Shown in pieces: positions 1 through 8,029 of a DNA stretch of 64,000 bases. Where the stretch lies: positions 40,058 through 104,057 of the forward strand of contig JBGATS010000002.1 of assembly GCA_044229075.1 (NCBI GenBank), read 5' to 3'. Numbering within the stretch: position 1 is the stretch's first letter; every line of letters starts with the position of its first letter. The stretch is from Minisyncoccia bacterium. Lineage in GTDB: Bacteria; Patescibacteriota; Minisyncoccia; Phycocordibacterales; UBA1006. The translations under genes and the position numbers were made by a program. The notes under the pieces were generated by a model that was not told the DNA's origin, did not search any database, and saw only the letters and a list, made by a program, of their open reading frames with translations.

Positions 1-2
1 TT

Positions 3-998
3 GGTATTGTTGCAGTACCTGATGAACGACTGTATAAACTTGCAGAATTTTCAAAAACGAACAAAATAATTCCAGCAGCGATCGAATTTGTAGATATTGC
101 AGGACTGGTTGCAGGTGCCAGTAAAGGTGAAGGACTGGGAAACAAGTTCCTGTCACATATTCGTGAGGTAGATGCGATACTTGAAATGGTGCGCATTTTT
201 CCGGTTGCTGGTGGTGGAACGATGATTAATCATGTGTATGGCGATATGAATCCAATGCGTGACATTGGTGTTATTAATTTGGAACTAATTTTAGCGGATC
301 TTGAAACGGTTACAAAACGTGCATCAAATATCGTTCGCGAGGTAAAGCAGGGAAACAAGACTGCAATTCTGGAACAGTCTATTATAGAAAGATTTTTGAA
401 AGCACTACAAGATGAAAAAATGGCGAACACAGTAGAGCTGACCGAGGATGAAGAAAAAATTGCAAAGCAGTTGAATCTGTTAACACGGAAAAAATTTATC
501 TATGGTTTAAATAAACGCGCAGGCGCAGAAAATCTTGATCAATCAAATCCAGAAGAATTTAAAAAGGTATGTAAAGCAATAGAAGAAATGGGCTCAGAAT
601 GGGTGATTATCGACGCAAAGGTTGAACACGAGTTATCAGAATTCGAAGGCGATGAAAAAGCAGAAATGCGCGCGATGTTACAAGCCGATACAGAGGCTGA
701 CGATGGAATTAATACGTTAATTATAAAATCATATACACTGCTTAGACTTGAAACGTATTTCACAACAGGAGAGGTTGAAACCCGCGCATGGACGATTGCA
801 AAAAATTCGACCGCACCAGTTGCAGCGGCTGCGATTCATACCGATTTTCAGACAAAGTTCATCCGGGCAGAGGTAGTATTTTGGTCAGATTTATTGAATG
901 CGGGATCATTTGCCAATGCAAAATCAGCAGGACTGGTTCGAACAGAAGGGAAGGAATACATTGTAAAAGATGGTGACGTGATGGAGTTTAAGATATAA
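3..998 (+). CDS. ychF: Ribosome-binding ATPase YchF (Obg-family GTPase), 5'-truncated by window edge
   Basis: Frame-3 translation from nt 3 reads GIVAVPDERL...FVDIAGLVAGASKGEGLGNKFLSHIREVDAI. C-terminal TGS-like region ends ...DGDVMEFKI at 998. These are typical YchF motifs. Confidence 0.85.
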   Translation, partial: GIVAVPDERLYKLAEFSKTNKIIPAAIEFVDIAGLVAGASKGEGLGNKFLSHIREVDAILEMVRIFPVAGGGTMINHVYGDMNPMRDIGVINLELILADLETVTKRASNIVREVKQGNKTAILEQSIIERFLKALQDEKMANTVELTEDEEKIAKQLNLLTRKKFIYGLNKRAGAENLDQSNPEEFKKVCKAIEEMGSEWVIIDAKVEHELSEFEGDEKAEMRAMLQADTEADDGINTLIIKSYTLLRLETYFTTGEVETRAWTIAKNSTAPVAAAAIHTDFQTKFIRAEVVFWSDLLNAGSFANAKSAGLVRTEGKEYIVKDGDVMEFKI

Positions 999-1055
999 AG
1001 TATTCAATAAATAAAAATGATTGAAATTATTAATTTAGAATGATATAGTCTTTCT

Positions 1056-2060
1056 ATGACATCACAACAACCGCGCGAGTTTATTATCTATTTAGGCTAT
1101 ACAATCAGTTATCTGGTTGTAGCAATTTCGTTTATTATTTTCTCGTTTTCATTTACGAATATTTTATTTCCGGAAACTGGTAGTTATTCATCATTGGGGT
1201 ATCAATCTGTATTTGGTTCGCTTGGCGTATTTACCACAGCAGTATTGGTATTTTTGGCGATGGTTTGGGTGGTGTTTAGATTAGTACAAGAGAAAAAAAC
1301 TCACCCTGACAGTAAACCACGATTATGGTTGTTACAACTGGGAATGTTTGTAGGGTTTGTGGTGCTTGCTATTACGCTTGCTGTATTAATTAAATTCTTT
1401 TTTTCTGGAGAAATTACGGCACGGTTTTTAATAAAGACTGCAATTGTTTTAGTAGTTGGTATTGATGCTGTGCTGTTTTTCCGTCATGAATCTGCAAAAA
1501 CAATTGATACTCCAAAATGGATTTCACTAGGTGCGAGTATTGGTGCTATGATCGTTATGATTGCAGGAATTATTACAACATTTGTATACCTAGGAACACC
1601 AAATATTGCACGTGCAATTCGATATGATCAACAACGAACAAATGATCTGCAGTCATTACAATCAACTATTACGAATTGGTATCAATCACATGGTGAATTA
1701 CCAACAGATTTGGCAACATTAAAAAAACAAGATTATTACCAAGAACCTCGCGATCCAGAATACTTGAAAGGAAAGGTGTACACCTATCAAGTGATCGATG
1801 CTAAAAAATTACAGTATCAAGTATGTGCGGATTTTGCACTTGCTTCTGATAATAAATTTGTTATTCGTAAAGATCGAGCTGAATTTAATAACGGGCGTGG
1901 TAGTGTACCAATACCAGTTGTATATGATGAAACTCAGGCTGGAATTGTTTCAGAAACAAGTCTGGAAAATCAATGGGATCATGCTGCAGGAAAACATTGT
2001 TTTGATCGAGTAATTGATACAAAGATGTATCCTTTTTATAATAATAAAGTGAAGCGGTAA
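1056..2060 (+). CDS. Polytopic membrane protein with C-terminal pseudopilin/GspG-like extracellular domain
   Basis: N-terminal ~190 aa carry about 5 hydrophobic helices. The C-terminal segment RYDQQRTNDLQSLQSTITNWYQSHGELPTDLATL...DPEYLKGKVYTYQV...YQVCADF resembles the type II secretion/type IV pseudopilin fold pattern. No prepilin cleavage motif is seen. Confidence 0.35.
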   Translation: MTSQQPREFIIYLGYTISYLVVAISFIIFSFSFTNILFPETGSYSSLGYQSVFGSLGVFTTAVLVFLAMVWVVFRLVQEKKTHPDSKPRLWLLQLGMFVGFVVLAITLAVLIKFFFSGEITARFLIKTAIVLVVGIDAVLFFRHESAKTIDTPKWISLGASIGAMIVMIAGIITTFVYLGTPNIARAIRYDQQRTNDLQSLQSTITNWYQSHGELPTDLATLKKQDYYQEPRDPEYLKGKVYTYQVIDAKKLQYQVCADFALASDNKFVIRKDRAEFNNGRGSVPIPVVYDETQAGIVSETSLENQWDHAAGKHCFDRVIDTKMYPFYNNKVKR

Positions 2061-2064
2061 ACTT

Positions 2065-2577
2065 ATGAACGAGTCAAGTAAATTATACGTCTACCACGGA
2101 TCACATGAATTGTTTGATCTTGCGATTCCAAAAAGACAAGTTCGTAAAGGATTAAATCCCGATCCAAACGGAGAAAAATACATCACTGTATTTGATGATA
2201 TTTCATTTCATGCAACACCCTATAAATGGATTGCGTTAAATTATATATGTCAGTGCCAAAATATCTTATATCAAGGAAAAGAGTATTGGTATGCTACAGG
2301 TGTAGACTTGCGGGAATATAAAGAAGAAATTGAGATATACGGCGTTGAGTCTCTTGAGAAAAGTTTAGAAATATTATTTGGACAAGGTGGATATTTATTT
2401 ACGTTTGATGCAAAAGATTTCATCCATCAAGAAGGATTAGGAATTAACGAAGTAATTGCAAAATCACCAGTTACGCCAATCTCTGTAGAACGAATTGATG
2501 ATCCTGTATCTGAAATTAAAAAACTAGGAATACCTTTTATATTTAAAGATCTTACACTCCCAGAGAATAATTGGTAA
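2065..2577 (+). CDS. Hypothetical protein (possible divergent ART-PolyVal-like fold)
   Basis: 170-aa ORF immediately downstream of the previous gene. It begins KLYVYHGSHELFD, reminiscent of the vYHGT start of ART-PolyVal-type domains, and later has a QEG motif. This is weak. Confidence 0.3.
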   Translation: MNESSKLYVYHGSHELFDLAIPKRQVRKGLNPDPNGEKYITVFDDISFHATPYKWIALNYICQCQNILYQGKEYWYATGVDLREYKEEIEIYGVESLEKSLEILFGQGGYLFTFDAKDFIHQEGLGINEVIAKSPVTPISVERIDDPVSEIKKLGIPFIFKDLTLPENNW

Positions 2578-2601
2578 AACCTCGATTTATGCGAGGTTTT
2601 T

Positions 2602-2610
2602 TGGTATACT
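2602..2610 (+). promoter_or_regulatory. Extended -10 promoter element TGGTATACT (genome-wide recurring motif), about 9 nt upstream of ATG at 2620
   Basis: The same motif (TGGTATACT, TGATATACT, TGGTATAGT or TAGTATAC) recurs 7-18 nt upstream of many start codons. These include genes at 3483, 3810, 8030, 12193, 15031, 39869 and 60696, plus minus-strand murG and ftsZ. It is preceded here by a small terminator hairpin (cctcgatttatgcgagg). Confidence 0.55.
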
Positions 2611-2619
2611 AATTATGTT

Positions 2620-3429
2620 ATGAAAAAATCAATTATTTCGACATTATTTATCAGTTTGTTTGTATTATTAGGAGTTATGCATAGTGCGTTAGCATTATCA
2701 ATGGTTGAAGATAATCGGGCCAAACTAAAATGTATTGAAAATGGAGGTAGTTATTCGTTTAAAATTAGCTCACTTGATGCAGAAGGTAGTTGTACTTTCC
2801 CAGATGGTTCAGTTTGTGAGGAATGGGCATATTATGATGGAGTGTGTACGCCAAAAAAAGTAAATTCAATCAGTGACTTGCCTGCAACATGTGTTGCCGC
2901 ATTTGATGGGTGTAACTCATGTTCTAAAATTTCAGGCGGACAATGGGCATGTACTATGAAGGCATGCTTGAATCAATCAACAAGTCCTGCTGCATACTGC
3001 AAAAAATTTCAAACAACTAATCCTGATCCGATAGCGTGCCCAGCAATCTATGCGCCAGTATGTGGTGATATTAGTGATCGTGTACGATGCATTACAGCGC
3101 CATGTATTGCCGAAAGAACATACAGCAACGAATGCATGTTGAATGCTGATGGTGCAAAAAAGATATCAGATGGTGAATGTAAATCAGTTTCAACAAAACC
3201 GTCATTTTGCAATGCGACATATATCAAATTAGTTCGTGGATCTCGTGGTGACTATGTTCGTGGATTGCAAGAATATCTGCGTGATCAAGGATATAATCCT
3301 GGAACTATTGATGGTGTATTTGGTCGCCAAGTAGCTGCTGCAGTAAAAACATTTCAGAAAAATAACGGATTAGTTACTGATGGAGTTTTTGGAAAAGGAT
3401 CTAGGGCAAAAGTATGTGCAATGTTTTAA
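2620..3429 (+). CDS. Secreted Cys-rich protein with DUF333 (putative-hemolysin-like), Kazal-type inhibitor-like and peptidoglycan-binding (PG_binding_1) domains
   Basis: Signal peptide MKKSIISTLFISLFVLLGVMHSALA. The segment CIENGGSYSF...CTFPDGSVCEEWAYYDGVC matches the DUF333 pattern. The segment CPAIYAPVCG...TYSNECMLNADGAKKISDGEC matches the Kazal pattern. The C-terminal GLQEYLRDQGYNPGTIDGVFGRQVAAAVKTFQKNNGLVTDGVFG matches a PG-binding repeat. Confidence 0.6.
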   Translation: MKKSIISTLFISLFVLLGVMHSALALSMVEDNRAKLKCIENGGSYSFKISSLDAEGSCTFPDGSVCEEWAYYDGVCTPKKVNSISDLPATCVAAFDGCNSCSKISGGQWACTMKACLNQSTSPAAYCKKFQTTNPDPIACPAIYAPVCGDISDRVRCITAPCIAERTYSNECMLNADGAKKISDGECKSVSTKPSFCNATYIKLVRGSRGDYVRGLQEYLRDQGYNPGTIDGVFGRQVAAAVKTFQKNNGLVTDGVFGKGSRAKVCAMF

Positions 3430-3482
3430 TATCTTAAACCTCTCGAGTAATCGAGTGGTTTTTGATATACTCATTAAATACT

Positions 3483-3770
3483 ATGAAAAGAACATTTACA
3501 GTTACTGCAAAATTATGGCAATGGAGTGGCGATATGTCGTCATGGCATTTTATGTACGTTCCCAAAGATATTTCAGAAATACTGCGAACACGCTATCCAA
3601 AATCTGCAATGATCAAATGTAAGTTTATGATAGGTAATACAATATGGAACAGTAGTATGTTTCGTAATAATCAAGAGAAAAATTATTTAATACCAGTTAA
3701 AAAATCCGTCCGAAAGGCAGAACACCTTTTCCCGGGTGAGGAAATTACGGTGAAAATTGAAGTGCTGTAA
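3483..3770 (+). CDS. DUF1905-family small protein
   Basis: MKRTFTVTAKLWQWSGDMSSWHFMYVPKDISEIL matches the DUF1905 N-terminal pattern. An upstream TGATATACT -10 lies at 3456-3464. The ORF track starts at 3462, and the ATG at 3483 is preferred. Confidence 0.5.
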   Translation: MKRTFTVTAKLWQWSGDMSSWHFMYVPKDISEILRTRYPKSAMIKCKFMIGNTIWNSSMFRNNQEKNYLIPVKKSVRKAEHLFPGEEITVKIEVL

Positions 3771-3809
3771 ATATCGATTTTTTGAGGGTTTTTTGGTATA
3801 GTGAACTAT

Positions 3810-4400
3810 ATGAAATTTGATAATCCTCCGAAAATTGAAAAAACAATAAGTTCTAAAGATTATAAGGAAATTATAGAAACACCTGAGTTCCAAAAATGGT
3901 TTTCTGGAAGTGTTGTTATAGATGATAAGGGTAATCCTTTGGTTGTATATCATTCTACTAATATCAAAAACTTTGAGGGTCAAAATCTTAAAAGAAATGA
4001 AAAAGCTAAGAAATGGAATTCTTTCGGTATATATTTCTCTTCTGATAAATATGCTACAAGAAATTTTTTTACTCAAGATTATATGGATTCAAAAGAGATA
4101 CTTGATAGGTTATTAAAATATGACTCAGAAGAAACAAAAGATATACAAAAAGATAAACAAGAATTTGAAGAAAAATATGAACCAATAACAAAAACATTTT
4201 CTTGTTTTCTGTCTATTAAAAATCCGTTATTACTTGATGATCATGAAGAACTCATAGAGTTATATTATTCGGGAACTACTTTTGATAAATTAAATGAAAA
4301 ATATGATGGAATAATTATTAAACACGATTCAGAATTTACCGATCAATACATTGTTTTTAATCCAGAACAAATTTATATGCTTCCATCTTTAATTAAATAA
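3810..4400 (+). CDS. Standalone ART-PolyVal-like (predicted ADP-ribosyltransferase-fold) protein
   Basis: FQKWFSGSVVIDDKGNPLVVYHSTN...FGIYFSSDKYA...FLSIKNPLLLD...YDGIIIKHDSEFTDQYIVFNPEQIYM follows the motif order recalled for the ADP-ribosyltransferase-like domain of phage polyvalent proteins. TGGTATAGT lies 7 nt upstream of the ATG at 3810. Confidence 0.4.
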   Translation: MKFDNPPKIEKTISSKDYKEIIETPEFQKWFSGSVVIDDKGNPLVVYHSTNIKNFEGQNLKRNEKAKKWNSFGIYFSSDKYATRNFFTQDYMDSKEILDRLLKYDSEETKDIQKDKQEFEEKYEPITKTFSCFLSIKNPLLLDDHEELIELYYSGTTFDKLNEKYDGIIIKHDSEFTDQYIVFNPEQIYMLPSLIK

Positions 4401-4405
4401 ACTAT

Positions 4406-7400
4406 ATGAAACCCTACGATCACAAAAAAATTGAAAAGAAATGGCAGAAGACTTGGGTAGATACTAATGTGTATAAAACACTCTCTGCAAAACAGGCTCG
4501 TGCTAAAAAACTCAAACCATATTATGTACTGGATATGTTTCCGTATCCGTCTGGTGCAGGTTTACATGTTGGTCATCCACGCGGATATATTGCATCCGAT
4601 GTTTTTGCGCGCATGAAACGCATGAGCGGTTTTAACGTATTGCATCCAATGGGATTTGATAGTTTTGGGCTTCCTGCAGAACAATATGCAATCAAGACTG
4701 GAAAAAATCCTGGACCATTTACTAATGAACTAGTAAAACGATACAAGGAACAATTGTCGATCCTTGGCTTTTCATATGACTGGAATCGTCAGGTTGCAAC
4801 ACATGATCCAGAATATTATCGATGGACACAGTGGATTTTCTTACAGATTTATAACAGTTGGTATGATAAGGAAAAGCAAAAAGCTCGACCGATTACAGAT
4901 CTTGAAAAAGAATTTGCGAAAAATGGAAATGAAAAAGTGAACGCAGTTTGTGATCAGAATACTCCGACTTTTTCAAAAACAGATTGGAAGAACTTTTCAG
5001 ATTTGGAAAAGCAAAACATGTTAATGAAATACCGATTGGCGTACGAGGGATATGCCGAGGTCAATTGGTGTGCAGAAATGGGAACCGTGCTCGCCAATGA
5101 TGAGGTGATCGAGGTAGATGGCAAAATGGTTTCCGAGCGAGGTGAATTTCCCGTTGAGAAAAAATCAATGCGGCAGTGGTTTATGCGCATTACTGCATAC
5201 GCTGATCGGTTAATTGATGGACTCGACGAAATCGATTGGTCAAACAGTATCAAGGAAATTCAACGGAATTGGATTGGAAAAAGTGAGGGAAGTGAGATTG
5301 AGTTCGGAATTGTCTCAGATAAAAAGACTAGGATCTTCGGTGAAAAAATTACGGGTTCCATTGAAAGAAGTATTGTAAAAGTTATATTAAGAAACAAAGA
5401 CGGAAAAATTCTCGTTCTCGATTCAAAAGGTTTCGGATTAGATCTTCCTGGAGGTGCGATTGAAAGCAATGAATCATTAGAAAAAACAGCAGTTCGGGAA
5501 CTTCAAGAAGAAACGGAATATACAAATTTTAGATTTGTAAAAAACATGAGTTCTGACTTTATTAACTACTATCACCTCAATAGACAACAGTATTTTCACG
5601 GAAAAATTCATGTACTTTTATATGATTTAATTAACGATGAAAAATCTATAAAAAATGTTCAGTCAGGAGAAAATGAAACCAAAGATAAATGGATTAACCC
5701 ACAAGAGTTATATGATATTTTTCCAAAAGATTCAGCTTATAAAACTGCTTTAAAGAAATCAATTTTTGATTATATAAGTATACAGAAAAATCAAATAACA
5801 GTATTCACAACGCGTGCAGACACATTATTTGGTGTGACCTATGTTGTGTTGGCGCCAGAGCATGATTTGGTTCAGCAATTAAAATCACACATTACAAACT
5901 GGGATGAAGTTGAACAATATATCGCATCAGTAAAATCAAAATCAGATGAAGATCGCACTGCAGCAAAAGAAAAAACAGGAATACAATTAGAGGGAATTTT
6001 TGCAGTAAATCCAGTAAGCGATGAGCAAGTTCCAGTATGGATTGCGGATTATATATTAGCTGGATATGGAACAGGAGCAGTGATGGCAGTTCCTGCGCAT
6101 GATGAACGAGACTTTGAGTTTGCACAGAAATATGATCTACCGGTTAAGCATGTTGTTTCCCGTGTTCTTGATTATAAGGATCATAAAGAAGGTGTTCCAC
6201 ATTTAGTACGAAAAACAGTTGATCCTATTATTCGTGATAAGGAAGGGAATTTTTATTTAATACGTGAAAGTGAAGAAGATGTACACTTCGCAGGAGGTGG
6301 GGTTGAGGAAGGAGAAAGTGATATAGAAACTGCTCGGCGTGAAATAATTGAAGAAACAGGATTTACGGATTTTATTATCGGCAACCCAATTAATCTTTAT
6401 ATTTCTGCAACAGGTTATAGAGCAGCAAAAAATAGAAATCAGACTGGGTATGGAACTGCATATGAAGTTGTATTAAATAGTACTCAGCAGATTCCATCAG
6501 AAATTGATCAAGGAATCCATACGGTAGTAAAGGTTTCAAAGGATGATGTCTTAAAATCAATCACATGGGAGCATCATCGTTGGATTTTTGAAGCGTATTT
6601 AAACGGACCAAAAGCTTTTACAGACGAAGGTTTACTTATCGACTCTGGTCAGTTTAATAATATGAATTCTACTGAAGCTCGCAAAGCAATTACGGAATTT
6701 GTTGGTGGGAAATTGGTTACTAAATACAAAATGCGCGATGCAATCTTTGCACGACAGCGATATTGGGGTGAACCGATTCCGTTAATCCATGAAAAAGACG
6801 GGCTAATTGAAGCAATTCCAGAGAAGCAACTTCCACTAACTCTTCCACCTGTCAAAAGTTATGCACCAAGTGGAAATGGTGAAGGGCCGCTTGCGACTGT
6901 AAAATCATGGGTGACTGCAGGCTACGAAACCAACACCATGCCGGGCTGGGCTGGATCATCATGGTATTTCTTGCGCTATACGGACCCAACGAACAAGAAA
7001 AAATTTGCAGATGAATCAGAACTTGATTATTGGTTTGGGAAAAATGGTGGGGTGAATATGTATGTCGGTGGTGCAGAGCATGCAACAGGACACCTCCTCT
7101 ATTCTCGTTTTTGGCACAAGGTCTTGAAAGATTTGGGATATGTAAAAACAGAGGAACCGTTCCAGGCATTGCGTAATCAGGGTATGATTGGTGGTGCCGA
7201 TGGACGCAAAATGTCAAAACGGTGGGGAAATGTGATCAACCCAGATGATGTGGTGCGTGATATGGGTGCTGATACATTGCGTGTGTATGAATCATTCATG
7301 GGACCATTTGATGCCCACCTACCATGGAGTATTGATGGTATTGCAGGCGCGCGACGATTTATTGAACGTATTTGGCGATTCCAAACTAAAGTTTCAAATA

Positions 7401-7876
7401 CAGTAAAGACTACCGAACATCTTGAGAAAGTTCTCCATAAAACAATCAAAAAAGTGAGTGAAGATATTCAAAACTTTGCGTTCAATACAGCAGTATCGTC
7501 CATGATGATTTTTGCAAACGAACTTGAAAAAGCAGAATCAATCAATATTGCTGATTTTAAAAAATTCCTCCAAATTCTCGCTCCGTTTGCACCACATATT
7601 ACGGATGAATTATGGGCAAGTCTTGGTGAGAAAAAATCAATTCATAGTGCATCATGGCCAACATTTGATCCAAAAAAGGTAATCGATACTACCATCACTA
7701 TCGGAATTCAAATCAATGGAAAAGTGCGTGCCGAAATAGAAATTAATCGCGAAGAGTCATCAGAAAACATACAATCAATAGTTTTGGCAATGCCAGAAAT
7801 TATCAAATGGATTGATGGAAAAGAAATAAAGAAATTTATTTATGTTCCAGGAAGGGTGATTAATATTGTTGTATAG
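4406..7876 (+). CDS. leuS: Leucyl-tRNA synthetase carrying two inserted NUDIX hydrolase domains
   Basis: Class I motifs are present: PYPSGAGLHVGHPRGY (HIGH), KMSKRWGN (KMSKS), and the CP1 marker TVFTTRADTLFGVTYVVLAPEH. The ORF is 1156 aa against about 820-880 usual. Extra segments at aa ~301-463 and ~585-740 each contain a canonical NUDIX box: GGAIESNESLEKTAVRELQEETEY and GGGVEEGESDIETARREIIEETGF. Confidence 0.9.
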   Translation: MKPYDHKKIEKKWQKTWVDTNVYKTLSAKQARAKKLKPYYVLDMFPYPSGAGLHVGHPRGYIASDVFARMKRMSGFNVLHPMGFDSFGLPAEQYAIKTGKNPGPFTNELVKRYKEQLSILGFSYDWNRQVATHDPEYYRWTQWIFLQIYNSWYDKEKQKARPITDLEKEFAKNGNEKVNAVCDQNTPTFSKTDWKNFSDLEKQNMLMKYRLAYEGYAEVNWCAEMGTVLANDEVIEVDGKMVSERGEFPVEKKSMRQWFMRITAYADRLIDGLDEIDWSNSIKEIQRNWIGKSEGSEIEFGIVSDKKTRIFGEKITGSIERSIVKVILRNKDGKILVLDSKGFGLDLPGGAIESNESLEKTAVRELQEETEYTNFRFVKNMSSDFINYYHLNRQQYFHGKIHVLLYDLINDEKSIKNVQSGENETKDKWINPQELYDIFPKDSAYKTALKKSIFDYISIQKNQITVFTTRADTLFGVTYVVLAPEHDLVQQLKSHITNWDEVEQYIASVKSKSDEDRTAAKEKTGIQLEGIFAVNPVSDEQVPVWIADYILAGYGTGAVMAVPAHDERDFEFAQKYDLPVKHVVSRVLDYKDHKEGVPHLVRKTVDPIIRDKEGNFYLIRESEEDVHFAGGGVEEGESDIETARREIIEETGFTDFIIGNPINLYISATGYRAAKNRNQTGYGTAYEVVLNSTQQIPSEIDQGIHTVVKVSKDDVLKSITWEHHRWIFEAYLNGPKAFTDEGLLIDSGQFNNMNSTEARKAITEFVGGKLVTKYKMRDAIFARQRYWGEPIPLIHEKDGLIEAIPEKQLPLTLPPVKSYAPSGNGEGPLATVKSWVTAGYETNTMPGWAGSSWYFLRYTDPTNKKKFADESELDYWFGKNGGVNMYVGGAEHATGHLLYSRFWHKVLKDLGYVKTEEPFQALRNQGMIGGADGRKMSKRWGNVINPDDVVRDMGADTLRVYESFMGPFDAHLPWSIDGIAGARRFIERIWRFQTKVSNTVKTTEHLEKVLHKTIKKVSEDIQNFAFNTAVSSMMIFANELEKAESINIADFKKFLQILAPFAPHITDELWASLGEKKSIHSASWPTFDPKKVIDTTITIGIQINGKVRAEIEINREESSENIQSIVLAMPEIIKWIDGKEIKKFIYVPGRVINIVV

Positions 7877-7894
7877 AAAATAGTATACAAAAAA

Positions 7895-7946
7895 TACAAA
7901 CAACAGAGGGGCGCCGCAGGCGCCCCCCCTTTTTTTTTGTTGTTTG
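7895..7946 (+). terminator. Rho-independent terminator after leuS
   Basis: A GC hairpin gaggggcgcc-gca-ggcgcccccc is followed by T9 and flanked by caaacaaca/tgttgtttg. Confidence 0.85.
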
Positions 7947-8029
7947 TATTATAGTGTTTTCAAAAAGACACATCTATCCACAGAATCAATCTTCCAAAAA
8001 TAGTAAAATAGGTTTATACTGGTGCGTAT

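Noticed and set aside
4954-7449. Several minus-strand ORFs (for example 6852..7217, 7177..7449, 4954..5253) inside leuS
   Set aside because: They are antisense to a clear synthetase reading frame and are typical spurious ORFs.
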